This document shows, one piece after another, positions 1-13,171 of a DNA stretch of 64,000 nucleotides. The stretch covers positions 1 through 64,000 of the forward strand of contig NOWV01000216.1 in NCBI GenBank assembly GCA_003344405.1, in the 5' to 3' direction. The notes under the pieces are model-generated. The model saw only the letters and a program-made list of their open reading frames with translations, ran no database searches and was not told the origin of the DNA. The translations under genes and the position numbers were made by a program. This DNA comes from Trichoplax sp. H2 (Eukaryota). The stretch's first letter is position 1. The number at the start of each line of letters is the position of its first letter.

Positions 1-555
1 AAAAAATCCTGAAATATATAAGATTGAAATAAATAATCATCGCGTTGGTAAATTAAATTCAAACAAAATAAAGATTATAAATTATCATGTTGAAAGAGCT
101 TTTACTGCACGTTTGGTATCTATTTTATAGCATATGACCAAAGTCTGTATTGTTGAAACTGTCTGATCCTCTGACACTATTATAATTGGATGCAATATAT
201 ACTTCATTGCGTACTATTTTACGCTAATAATTATATATGTATATATACTGTATATATATATGAAAATATCGTTGTCTATAAATAATAAATTTATACTACT
301 ATACTGTATTATTCATTAAGATGTTCCTAATACTAACAAAAAATCCTGAAATATATAAGATTGAAATAAATAATCATCGCGTTGGTAAATTAAATTCAAA
401 CAAAATAAAGATTATAAATTATCATGTTGAAAGAGCTTTTACTGCATGTTTGGTATGTATTTTACAGCCTATGAACAAAGTCTGTATTGTTGAAACTGTC
501 TGATCCTCTGACACTATTATAATTGGATGCAATATATACTTCATTGCTTACTATT
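1..555. repeat. Direct repeat, ~215-bp copies 337 bp apart (1-~216 and 338-~555)
   Basis: aaaaaatcctgaaatatataagattgaaat...cttcattgc occurs at 1 and 338 with few substitutions; the first copy may extend beyond the window edge. Confidence 0.9.
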
Positions 556-743
556 AACGTTTCAGACCTCTATCTAAGCGAGCGGGTTGTAAGCTAGTAT
601 ATTATAACAGTAAGAGAGATGGACAGACTCATCGACAGGGTACAGGTGCTTCCCTACAGTCACCAATCGATCAGTGTACTGTAAGTACACAGTACACTGT
701 ACTGTAACCAAGAGCTGGCTAGACTAGGCCGATCATCCTGATG

Positions 744-752
744 GCACGTGAC
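744..752. promoter_or_regulatory. E-box / CLEAR-like motif GCACGTGAC upstream of carboxypeptidase 1
   Basis: Reads GTCACGTGC on the minus strand, ~150 bp upstream of the ATG at 900; resembles the MiT/TFE CLEAR consensus GTCACGTGAC. Confidence 0.4.
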
Positions 753-899
753 CTTTTACAAACTGAAGGCCCATCATCGCCATTTCTTCTCCATCAGGAA
801 GCAAATCCAACGCCTCCGATACAGACTAAATTGATTTCCATTGGACATTTTAGTGAGCTATTAGTGGAGAAAGATTGCCAAGAATAGAAGTAGAGACAG

Positions 900-2297
900 A
901 TGAAATCGTTCTTGATTCCAATATGTGCTCTGCTCATCACCATGAGCCAAGCCTCAACTCGTAACCAAGATCTTATCAAAGTGTTGCCTGGTTTACCTTA
1001 TTCACCACCCTTTCAACAACATTCGGGATATTTGCAAGGTCTTGCCAGCAATCAATTACATTATTGGTTTGTTGAATCACAACATAATCCTAAAACTGAT
1101 CCCTTGCTATTATGGTTAAATGGTGGCCCTGGCTGTAGCTCGATCGATGGCTTATTGACAGAAAATGGCCCTTTTGCAGTGAATGATGATGGTAAAACAC
1201 TCTATTATCGTAATACCACTTGGAATAAGTTTGCTAATGTGTTATATCTGGAATCGCCCGCTGGTGTCGGCTTTTCCTATAATCATGTTGGTAAATATCA
1301 TTGGAATGACGATGTTGTCGCCCAAAACAATCATGCGGCCTTACATTCCTTTTTCAAGAAATTTCCATCATTTACTAAAAATCCATTTTTTATTACCGGT
1401 GAAAGTTACGCTGGCGTTTATATTCCAACGTTAGTGGCTCGATTGCTCAACGATAGTAGTATTGCCTTGCAAGGTTTTGCTATTGGTAATGCTGTATTAA
1501 GTGCAAAGTTCAATACAGATTCATCAGTTTACTTTGCTTACTATCATGGCATTATTGGGGATGATTTGTGGGCCCAATTACAGTTATACTGTTGTACCAT
1601 TGATGGTTGTCAATTTTATCAGACGAAATCCCAGCAGTGCAAAAAGTATTCCATGCAAGTTCGGCAAATGGTTAGTAATCATTTAAATGATTATTATATT
1701 TACGGTGATTGTCAAGGTGTATCGGCAAAGCAATTTCGAATTCAACATATCTTGGATGATTGGGATCAAGTAACAGGGACTGGCCATCCTAAGGGGCATC
1801 CAACGGCGCATCCGACACCACCAGTTTTGCCGTGTATTGATTCCAAAGCTGAAACGATCTATCTTAATCGACATGATGTACGCCAAGCTTTGCATATTCC
1901 ACATTATGTACCTCCTTGGCGAGTATGCAGTGCAGCGATTAATAAAGATTACAATCGAAATGTTCGTTCTCCCATCGATTTATTCCCGAAGTTACTTAAA
2001 AAGTTTCGCGCATTGATCTATAACGGAGATGTGGATATCGTATGCAATTTCTTGGGCGACGAAATGGCTGTCAGTTCATTAGATCGTCGTGTCATCGAGG
2101 AAAGGCGGCCATGGTTTTATAATGATACTTTAGGGCCACAGGTTGGAGGCTATGTCGTCCGATATGATAAAATCGATTTCTTAACCATCCGCGGTGCAGG
2201 ACATATGGCGCCTGCCATTAAACCATGGCAAACTTACCAAGCTATATATAATTTTGTATTTAATCGTACCTATAGCGATCTACCTAATATTGTTTAG
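900..2297 (+). CDS. CTSA: Serine carboxypeptidase S10, cathepsin A / lysosomal protective protein-like, intronless (465 aa)
   Basis: Signal peptide; WLNGGPGCSS; YLESPAGVGFSY; catalytic Ser in GESYAG, Asp in NGDVDIVCN, His in GAGHM. Confidence 0.95.
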   Translation: MKSFLIPICALLITMSQASTRNQDLIKVLPGLPYSPPFQQHSGYLQGLASNQLHYWFVESQHNPKTDPLLLWLNGGPGCSSIDGLLTENGPFAVNDDGKTLYYRNTTWNKFANVLYLESPAGVGFSYNHVGKYHWNDDVVAQNNHAALHSFFKKFPSFTKNPFFITGESYAGVYIPTLVARLLNDSSIALQGFAIGNAVLSAKFNTDSSVYFAYYHGIIGDDLWAQLQLYCCTIDGCQFYQTKSQQCKKYSMQVRQMVSNHLNDYYIYGDCQGVSAKQFRIQHILDDWDQVTGTGHPKGHPTAHPTPPVLPCIDSKAETIYLNRHDVRQALHIPHYVPPWRVCSAAINKDYNRNVRSPIDLFPKLLKKFRALIYNGDVDIVCNFLGDEMAVSSLDRRVIEERRPWFYNDTLGPQVGGYVVRYDKIDFLTIRGAGHMAPAIKPWQTYQAIYNFVFNRTYSDLPNIV

Positions 2298-2397
2298 ATA
2301 CCATTCTTCAGGAAAATGCTCTATTGAAATATCAGTGATAGAATAAATTTAATATCGTATGCGTTGGTAGACGTGGATCACATTCGAAAGTTGTTTA

Positions 2398-2423
2398 TAT
2401 AATAATAATAATAATAATAATAA
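2398..2423. repeat. (AAT)n microsatellite
   Basis: Run of about 7 aat units downstream of the CDS. Confidence 0.8.
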
Positions 2424-3456
2424 AGAAATAGAATAACTACAGTAGAAGACTCGAATAGAAATCAAAGCTACAACTCCATCATAAATATTTTATTCGCTCA
2501 ACAAAATTGATATGTAGTCTAGCATGGAAGAAATTCTTTCTGCAATTATATTCCTTCCGTGCCTAGTTCTACTGTATCATCTTACTTTATGTACGACATC
2601 ACCTTGTATTCATGACCCTAGATTAATTGTATCAATAGGAAATTATTAATTCTAGCCCTACTGCGGCTACAAAGTTGCTTATTATTATTAGTATGGTATT
2701 ATAGAATATCCATGGTTATTTGACTAGGATGGATCTGACAACAATTGGAAGTGGTTGATATTTCAGATATTTCAGTTTTATAACTATACTGAAATACTTT
2801 GTGATATTATTTTAAAATAAGTCAGAAAATATTGAATTTGAATTTTATCTAGTTATTTTTTTAAATGATTCAAGATACTTTATATTCTTTCTGATATGTT
2901 TTGCACTAGATGCAATAATGTGTACTAGCTTATTATGCTATCGATGTGAATTTACAAAGGTGTATTTTTGTACATGGATCGATATCCGAATATAAGTGTA
3001 GAATACATGATGCAAGTATTGACCTATCCGACATGCACATCGACGTGTATTTAACAAGTGTAATATAAGATAGTTTAAGATGAATAATTTCTAAAATGAA
3101 TAAAATGGTGTATGACCTTATTTCAGCTACTAAAAGTACGCATAAATCAAACGGTATACAGTACATCCATTCCAATCACCTTCTGCATTTGATGTTAATA
3201 CTTTCCACCTGCTAGTACATCTTCGTCTTTCACTGTCAAATTGGAGCGCTGAAATTAATGAGCTAATTATCATTACTGGCCAGCATACCAGTAGTGAAGA
3301 AGTGATTGAAGATTATACACTGAGTCTACAGTACGCAACGAGACTGAACGATTCACGATCTGGATGAAATCTTGCAAGTTTAGAAGACAGAAATAAAAGG
3401 GAATTCATGCAATGCAGTACAAGCGTTAGCTATCCCTATTGCCTCTCCGTCGATAT

Positions 3457-5530
3457 TTTCCCTATAGATTCAGTCCCGTCCATAGAGATATAGAAAGTAC
3501 CTCTTCTACTCCTCTTTGTGGGGATTTTCCATATAGATTTAGTCCCGTCCATAGATATAGAAAGTACCTCTTCTATTCCTCTTTGTGGGGATTTTCCATA
3601 TAGATTTAGTCCCGTCCATAGATATAGAAAGTACCTCTTCTATTCCTCTTTGTGGGGATTTTCCATATAGATTTAATCCCGTCCATAGACATAGAAAATG
3701 CCTGTTATACTTCTATGGCCCCGTCCCGTCCATAGAGATATAGAAAATTTCTCTAATACTTGTTGTACCTCTATGGTGCCGTCCATGGAGATATAGAAAG
3801 TTCCTCTTATACCTTTATGATCCCGTCCATAGAGATATAGAAAATTCCTCTTATACCTCTTTTGTATTCCGCCTAGAGATGTAGAAAATTCTTCTCTGCC
3901 TCTTATATTTGTATGGTCCCATCTATAGATATACGAAAAATTCTTCTTATACCTCTTATACTTTCATGGCCCCATCCGTAGAGATATAGAAAATTCCTCT
4001 TATACCACTATGGTCGGCCTATAGAGGTATTGAAAATTTCTCTTATACCTTTTATACTTGTATTGGTCATGTCTTTTGAGATATAGAAAATTCCCCTTTT
4101 AGCTCTTATACTTGTATGGTCGCGTCTATAGAGATATAGAAAACTCCTCTTCTACCTCTATGGCCCTGTCCTTAGAGGTATAGAAAAATCCCCTTCTACC
4201 TCTTACAAGTACTTCTATAGTCCTGTCTATAGAGATATAGGAAATTCTTCTTCCACTTATTATACTTGTATGGTCCCGTCTATAGAGATATAGAAAATTC
4301 CTCTTCTACCGCTTATGCTTCTATGGTCCTGTCTATAGAGATATAGAAAATTTTTCTTCTACCTCTATGGTCCTGCCAGTAGAGATAGAATATGTAGGAA
4401 ACTCCTCTTCTACCTCTATGGTCTTATCCATTGAAATATAGAAAACTCCTCTTCTACCTCTTCTTCTTGTATAGTCCCGTTTATAGAGATGTAGAAAATT
4501 CTTCTTCTACCTCCTCTATTTGTAAGGTCCCATATATAGAGATGTAGAAAATTCCTCTTCTACCTCTTCTATTTGTAAGTTCCCATATATAGAGATGTAG
4601 AAAATTCCTCTTCTACCTCTATGGTCCTGTTCATAGAGATATAGAAAACTCCTCTTCTACCTCTATGGTCTTTTCCATAGAAATATAGAAAATTCCTCTT
4701 CTACCTTTATGGTCCTGTCCATAGAGATATAGAAAACTCTTCTTCTACATCTATGTTCTTGTCCATCGAGATGTAGAAAACTCTTCTTCTACCTCTATGG
4801 TCCTGTCCATAGAAATGTAGAAAATTTCTCTTCTATCTCTACGGTCCTGTCCATCCAGATATAGAAAACTCCTCTTCTACTTGTATAGTCTCGTTGATAG
4901 AGATGTAGAAAACTGCTCTATCTCTATGGTCCCGTTGATAGAGATGTAGAAAACTCCTCTTCTACCTCTATGGTCTTGTCCATAGAGATGTAGAAAACTC
5001 CTCTTCTACCTCTATGGTCTTGTCCATAGAATTGTAGAAAACTCCTCTTCTACCTCTATGGTCTTGTCCATAGAGATGTAGAAAACTCCTCTTCTACCTC
5101 TATGGTCTTGTCCATAGAGATGTAGAAAACTCCTCTTCTACCTCTATGGTCTTGTCCATAGAATTGTAGAAAATTCCTCTTCTACCTCTATGGTCTTGTC
5201 CATAGAGATGTAGAAAACTCCTCTTCTACCTCTATGGTCTTGTCCATAGAGATGTAGAAAACTTCTCTTCTACCTCTATGGTCTTGTCCATAGAGATGTA
5301 GAAAACTCCTCTTCTACCTCTACGGTCTTATCCATAGAGATGTAGAAAACTCCTCTTCTACCTCTATGGTCTTGTCCATAGAGATGTAGAAAACTCCTCT
5401 TCTACCTCTATGGTCCCGTTGATAGAGATGTAGAAAACTTCTCTTCTACCTCTATGGTCCTGTCCATAGAGATCCAGAAAACTCCTCTTCTACCTCTATG
5501 GTCTTATCCATCGAGATGTAGAAAACTCCT
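3457..5530. repeat. Tandem minisatellite of ~40 units; 44-bp consensus CCTCTTCTACCTCTATGGTCTTGTCCATAGAGATGTAGAAAACT, each unit an inverted repeat
   Basis: Period 44 (catagag at 4981, 5025, 5069); 67-bp variants at 3534/3601/3668; 44/53-bp mixed units in between. Confidence 0.95.
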
Positions 5531-5934
5531 CGCTTCCCAAGCGAAGTTTGTAGTCATTAGTTAGGAGACAGCGATGCGTTCGATACACTACCTTCACCGG
5601 GTGGATTGGTTGAGCCGGTCGACAAAAACACTCAGCCATTGTAGTCAATACTATAGACACGTTGGCTAGAAAAGAACAGTAAGCAGTCGGTGAGGGCAGT
5701 TGGGCCTAAACTCCATACAAACTTGTATTGTCAGCTAAGGTTGGAGAAAGACAAGAGAGGAAAGAAATTTGGCAAGCAGTCGCTCGGCTTGAAAGTGCAA
5801 TCATTTGGATGGTCTTTCTTGGGCCTTTTTCATGTTTTACGTTGGTGTAAGTTGAGCCATCGTAGGGTAGATACCATTGATCATCGTGGAAGAGTGGATT
5901 GAAGGGTCAATCTTTGCGAGATCAAGGCAACAAC

Positions 5935-8900
5935 ATGGCTGATAGGCAGTCAACAGCATGGCGTGGACGTGGTCGTAGTCGTGTTAATCCTTCTTCGCAT
6001 CATCAAGGAATGATGGAGAAATCGCAACGACGTGATCATCCTAAAATGGATAATCAGTATAGTCGAGGCCAGAGGGGATCGCGATCCAAACGTGCTTATC
6101 CTCATCATCAGCAGCAAGCAGTACCAACTTCTTCCAATCCAATAGCAACAAGCGATCAAGAGGCACGAATGCAACAAGCGGAAGAAAAACTACGACGAAA
6201 ACAAGATCAATTCAATCAAAATGCGGCTACTATCATCAATGAATTAAGTAAAAATCAACCGTTGGAATCGTCCTCTGAAGAAGAAGACTTGGATGATACC
6301 ACCATTATTAATCAATTATTTGTACGCTATGGCGATCATCAGCAAGAAATGGACAAAATGATCCAATATTTTCAAAGTTGTTGCCGTAGTGGCAGTATGA
6401 CTTGCTTGATTTGCATCGGTGGTGTTCGCCATCAAGACGCCATTTGGACATGTCGATTATGCCAATGCATCTTTCATTTGGCATGCATTGCTAAATGGTC
6501 CAAAGAAGGTTCCGTCCATGTCAAGCCACAATTGTCAGCACTCTTATTTCCACAACAAGAGACAAAATGGTTATGCCCCAACTGTCGTGGCGAATATACA
6601 GCCAAGGATTATCCAACCAAATATTATTGTTATTGCGGTAAAACTGTAAGTCTCATTCAGCCATATTGCACCCAATTCCTTTCAATGACAAGAGGACAAC
6701 TAGTGTCTCATTAGACCAGCTGATGTCCCATCGGGCCTACTCATGACTTCAACATTAAATCATGCCATTATTTCTACATGTTGACAGTGAGATAGACTGC
6801 TAGACATGCTAGCATACAGTAATTTATTATCAATGAATGCTTGCAATGATCCAATGGCTAGGCTAGTCTGCAATACAAGATTACATAAGTGTCCATGGAA
6901 TGGCATCAATGGGCTACTGTAATCAGCAGCAATGAACAAATTCTTTTTTTTCAAATGTATGCCATAGTAGTGTTGCTACCTGTACAAATTCACTCGTCAG
7001 TCTTGAGAGTATCCACTCCCTTCTTAGATTAGAGTAAAAGGATGGCTGTTATTGCTTATCTTGCATGATGATTCTGGACTTCTTTTTGAGATCACATAAC
7101 AACCATAGACTCAATCAATTAATGAATTAATCAACTATGGACTATGCTATTTTCTGCGTAGACAGCCCTTAAGTACCATCGATTGCAGTCTGCACCAATC
7201 CAGTCCAATTGAATGAATTACAGTAGATTACTCTGTCTACTTTATACTTAACTTAAAACAACACAACTTTTCCACGCACGCTTTAAATACTCCATTTTAT
7301 TTCATATTCGTTGTTGGCCCAACTTTTTGCCAAATGACACGTTCAATAGGGGATAAAATAATGCCTAGCCTGCTCCTTGTTTTCTTAAAGTGTTGATAGC
7401 GTTCCGCCTTCTTTAGAGAGTGCTTAATAACAATCTCATTAGTGATTCATTAATATTAGATGATTACAAATTATAGACCGATTCTCCGTTCCCACACTTG
7501 ATGCACACTTTACAAACAATTGGAGGATGCTGGCCGTTTCTAAGTAATAGTGGCATTAAACTACTACATTATAAATAATGCTGTCCACCAGAAAATAGCA
7601 TTAAAGAGGATACTTAAATACGAAAAGTACGATTATTTCTATTCTCCAATTCCAAAGAATAATTAATTGCTGCAGTAAGTAGTGTTGTGAATAACATTGC
7701 TTTATAAGCTATGCCAATAGAATTTAAAGTAATGCACACGAGTCCAATTGCTATATCAAATCAGATTTTAATGCAAACTCTAACATTAGAAGAAAATGCT
7801 AGTCGCTGAAGAAGGAAATGCGCTAATTGATCTTACAGTAGTATCAGTTGCATACCTCCGTGCATAAATGCAAAATGTGGCTAAAGTATTGCTAAAGAAT
7901 ACTCATGATAAGTGCAGGATTAGATCTGCTCGTACCAGTATTTAGTCATAATTGTAAAATGCGGATAAAGAGGGAATTTCACAGAGCTTTATAATCATGA
8001 TAGTGAGATGCCATTAGTCGATCTCCCAAGTTGAATTACTTTCATTCTAATAATTTATGTCACTAGTATGAATACAGGTATAAAAACTTGTATACGATTC
8101 GATTGCAAATCTGTATAGAGCATAAGATATACTTGTATCTTTACACATACATTGGTCTATCGGTAAAGTTAATATTATATTCAACTAGATTGATCCTAAA
8201 TTCAATCCCTGGCTCGTACCTCACTCTTGTGGTAACCTATGCGAGCGTCTTCTACAGCCTGAATGCGGTCATCGATGCCAATTACTCTGCCATCCTGGCC
8301 CTTGTCCTCCATGCCCACAAATGGTAAAGTCTACATGTTACTGTGGTCAAGGGGGAACAACAATTCGAAGATGTGGACGTCAAGAATGGAGCTGCGGTCG
8401 GCCGTGCAATAAAATGTTAACATGTAATAAGCATAAATGCGCTCGATACTGTCATTCAGGTGAGCTAAAGTAGAAAGCGATCTTAATCGTAACTTAGAAT
8501 AAATCGCTTATCCTAATCAGTACCTGATCAGAATAATTATTAGCTTTACTTAACGAATTGTGGATAAACAGGATGTAAAATATTCAAATAACTATTGTTG
8601 AATAGGCGAGTGTCTGAAATGTGATGAAGTAGTGGAAAGATCATGTCGTTGTGGTAAAGAAGTTGCACATAGACCTTGTGATGAAACCGATTGGCAGTGT
8701 GATAAGATTTGTAATAAGGTTCTTCCTTGCGGATTCCATCGTTGTGAACGAATATGCCACGATAATGCATGCGGCAATTGTCCACGTTCAGGAGAGCGGA
8801 GTTGTCCTTGTGGCAAATCAAGTATGTATTAATCATGATTTTAGTCATTACAATAAATAACCCTTCGCTGCAACTGTTTAATACTATATTCGCTCAATTC

Positions 8901-11583
8901 TTTTAGAATTTAATCTGCCGTGCACAGACGATGTTCCATCATGTGGTGATACCTGTGGTAAAATCTTAGCATGTGGTAAACATAAATGTACTGACAGATG
9001 CCATCATGGAGATTGCTATAAATGTCGACAAATGGTCACTAAAATGTGCAGATGTGGAAAACATCAGAAAAGCCTACAATGTCGTTTAGATTTTACATGT
9101 GAATCAAGATGCCAAATCCTAAGAGATTGCGGCAGGCACCAATGTAATAAAAGGGTTCGTATTCTTGCCAATTTATAAATATAAATTTATTTTCATTTGT
9201 CTTTGGCTTTATCTTTATTATGAAAGTGGTAGTAAGTATTTCGTTCATTTCCTTTTTTTCGGCCATGGAATGACCTTGTAACAGTGTTGTACTGGTAATT
9301 GCCCTCCTTGTGAACAGACTTGTGGCCGAACCTTGGGTTGTGGTAACCATAAATGTCAGACCAGATGTCACAGTGGACGGTGCTATCCATGTCCGCAGAC
9401 TGTCGATGTTAAATGTTATTGTCAAGCAACTGCCGTCACTGTTCCTTGCGGGCGCGAAAAATACATCGATCCCCCGAAATGCAAAGAACTGTGCCGGTAG
9501 GAAGTCTACCTAACCTTATACTTTTTACACTTAGCATGTCATGATTTCACAAAAATGCATTGATTAAATTTCAATATTTCACCATCGGTAGGAAGTCTAC
9601 CCGATCATACTTTTACACTTAGCATCATGTTTTCACAAAAATGTATTGATTAAATTTCAACATTTCACCATAAAGTTACCGAAAGCAGTGCTTGCTTATA
9701 GAGACTAGTATTCTTTCTAATCGCCATCAATTCGATAGTATTCCACCAAAATGTCATCATGAAAAGCGCGAACCGCACTTATGCCATTACGGAGAATGTC
9801 CTCCATGTCGACAAATATGTAACTTAATATTAAAAGACTGTGAACACTATTGCCCTGAAATTTGCCATACCGCTGTTGCCATAGTGCAGAAAATGACAGC
9901 GTTACAGGTACAGTTCGTTATAAAGTTTTATTTTACTTCTTGTCCTATACTGAAAGCCTCTGCCATGATAGATTACACGCCTAAAAAAAGGCGAAAAGCC
10001 AGTAACTCAATACAAAAGTAAGCCTTGCCCTCCTTGTGTTGTGCCAATAGATCGGTAAGTTGCGATTATAAGCTGCATGCAGGATTGCGTCCTTTGAAAG
10101 GGTATGCTATTTTAATGACTATCTTTGATAATTATAATTATAGGAAATGCTTAGGAGAACATGAGGTGGGTGTAAAGCTAGCCATCTTTGCTTAATTTGA
10201 ATTAGCGATTCATCTAACTTTGGAGTATTGAATGAATATTACCGATCTGTTGTAGATCCAATCGTTTCCATGCCATCAGCTCAGACCATATTCGTGCGGT
10301 CGGCTATGCGGGCGAAGCCTACAATGCACGAATCATACGTGTAGCTTAGAGTGTCATATAGTCACTAATGCTCAAGATGAGTACAGTTCTGGATCAGAGT
10401 GCTTACAATGTGAAGAAGCCTGCCTCAAACCAAGACCAGATGGTTGTGACCATGAGTGTCCATTACCTTGTCACCCCGGTATCGATTACGAAAATTAATG
10501 ATGATAACCTTGTTTCTAATACTGCATATATGATGCAAAATATTATCTTACTATTAAGTTAAATAAACAAAGGGTTTAATACTTTACAGGTGAATGCCCA
10601 ACTTGTACACTATTAGTTAAAAGATGGTGTTTCTGCCGTTTAGTGCTTTTACATATCGAATGCAAGTAAGTATGCAAAAACTCTCCGAATATTGCCAATT
10701 AAAACTAATACTCTTATGTCTTAGCAGTTAGATATTAACTTTAGTTTATTTGATCTGTAGTGAACTAACCACAGCTGATGATGAAAAAAAATTGATACTA
10801 TTGTCATGCAAAGGCCAGTGTCCGAAAACGGTATTAGAATGGCATAACTATGTGCGAAAGGACAAATATTTTTACTTTATAGATAATATTTTTTTTTCAG
10901 TTAACGTGTGGACATAGATGCGCAGATGATTGTCATCCTGGTGAGTGCCCCAGCTGGACAACTTGCAACAGGAAAAGAACTGTTCGTTGTGCATGTAAAA
11001 GGCTTAAAAAGGTATCATGCGTAACCGTAGATCTATAAATATGGTGGTGTTTCGTAAATTACTTTGTAGTCTTACTAATGTAATACCTGCTAATAGGCTG
11101 TAACATGCTCTAGCATCCCTCTCGATTATCTTCTTGATTGCGATGATGAATGTAAAAGAATTGAACTAGAAAAGAAAAAAGTAAGACTTGACTTAACTGC
11201 CTTTCTATAATAATATAAGTAGCTTATATTATGCTATATTAATAATAATAATCAATCGAACCTAACACCATCCGTAGCTAAAAGAACAGCAGATATTAGA
11301 GAAGGAGGAGCAATTAAGGAGATTAGACCAGGTTGAGTCTAGATGGATATTTAAGTGTTCTTGCAAACTTGACATCGTTAACTTTACTATCTTATAGGAA
11401 AAGCAAGATCAGTCACAACGAGAACCTGGTCGTAGACGGAAACGCAGAAAAAATCGAGACGCGCTGGAAGAAGATTCTAATGCATCATGGTCTTCTCGGC
11501 ATCCTACTTTAGTTAACTTAATTCGAATTTCGATTATCGTTTGTATAATAGCTGCTTTTATTGCCTTGATTATAAGAAAATGA
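5935..11583 (+). CDS. NFXL1: NF-X1-type zinc finger protein NFXL1, multi-exon
   Basis: Exon 1 5935-6645 with RING/PHD-like [25 protein letters not shown]; exon 8189-8459 ([25 protein letters not shown]); exons 8606-8821, 8907-9154, 9285-9496, 9739-9907, 9972-10054, 10144-10165 and further exons with NF-X1 fingers; last exon 11398-11583 ends in a basic stretch plus transmembrane segment ([16 protein letters not shown]), which fits NFXL1 rather than NFX1. Confidence 0.92.
9495..9670 (+). repeat. ~90-bp tandem duplication that includes the NFXL1 5' splice site
   Basis: cggtaggaagtctacc...aaatttcaa.atttcacca at 9495 and 9586. Confidence 0.85.
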
Positions 11584-13171
11584 ATGAGATTCGCGCTATG
11601 ATATAGAACTGTAGTTAAATCGATATTAAGACGCACAGTTCTACACTATATACTAGACTATCACTGTATTTCCCTAATATATAACTACTGTAATTAGCTG
11701 AAATTATTACAAGAATAGAATTACATCATCTAAATTTATTTGGGCTTGCCTATCTCCCTCGTCAGTAAAAACTGAATCAATTTTTTATGCATTTATTATG
11801 TATTACTTGTAATGAAGATGAAGAGCAAGTAAACAAGCAGTATCTTGGTAAATAGGCTTTAGTACTAATTTATCATTCTAATGACAAATGACAACTGTGG
11901 GAAACAAATTCTTTGTTACATAATTCGTTGGGCTTTCAACTTAGAATTATTATCGAAAATGCTAAATTCCTCCTATTTTTATATTTAACCAATACAGAAT
12001 TATTAATTATAATACTGTCATTTTATAAATAAAGAATTCTTTAAAAGAAGGCGATTGCCTACATATACGTTCGTATTAAGGAACGTAGTTTTTACACGTT
12101 GTTATAGGGAATTGAAACTAAAGGTAGTTGTATTGTCAACAGCGATTTATATGATAAATGCAATAATAGTATTGCTGTACATTATTTATTGTAATTTAAT
12201 TATAAGGACTATGGTCATAGTTTTCGCGATAGTGCGCCTTAAATATTCGTATTAAACTAGGGTTTGCGATTACATGTATTATATTGGTTGTAGAACCGAA
12301 ACTACTAAAAATGTTTCGTTGCGTCTTTCCATACTCAACTCACGTAGAAAGGTTGGCAAACTTACTCGTATAATCCGCCTTAAGTTCTTTTATTTAAAAT
12401 TGCATATGATGTCGGAGCCTAGAGAAGTTTAACAAAATCTCTGTGTGTGCCTGTATTAGGCCGTCCTATTACAATAAAAAACTACTGTTTCATTGAGTTA
12501 TGACAACAATCAAGATAGAAACTCACTTTTAGAAATGAATCTTCAGTTAAGTTAAGCATATCTTTGAAAATCAAAACCAAGAGAAGTAATCGTTTATCTG
12601 CTCTTAAGCTATCTAAAGACATATAAAAGCTGCTGCGTATTTGTATAAGCAGCAGTACATGTTGATTATGAGAAAAAGACCGAGCCATTTTTGGATAATG
12701 CATGAATAGTACACACTCAGTAAAATCAAATGTTTCTAACAGCGAAAAGATCACACGAATCTTGCATATAGCAACATATTCAATTTAGGTCTGGTAAAGT
12801 ATCGCTAATAGAAATCTCCATAATCAAGATTCAACTATTACTACAATAAGCAACCGCAAGCTTAGACAATATAAGTATCGTTCGACAGACTAATTATTGC
12901 ACTAATCTACCATCTTGACAGATTAGTCAGTTATAAAAATGTTAAGAGAAAATTAAACTTCAGCAAAGGCATTTAGTCTCTTGCAAAATTTTACCATTTA
13001 AGGAATCTGATACAACAACGCATTTATCATATGCAACAAAGCCAAGAAATTTACAGCTATATTTCTATTCTTTCTATAGACCAGTAACTGTCGGAAATTT
13101 CTAAGTAAAACAGCAAGTAACTAAATTATTCAAGCCATTTAATCTAAAAAGGAATCAATGTAGATAGCACT

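Noticed and set aside
672..699. 11-bp stem hairpin CAGTGTACTGT/ACAGTACACTG
   Set aside because: Lies in low-complexity tacag/ctgta-rich sequence that recurs across the window; no other support
3457..5530. CRISPR array (palindromic repeats at regular spacing)
   Set aside because: No unique spacers (units abut directly), no cas genes, eukaryotic context
5899..6714. 271-aa ORF as a stand-alone gene
   Set aside because: It is NFXL1 exon 1 (ATG 5935, donor after 6645) read into the intron
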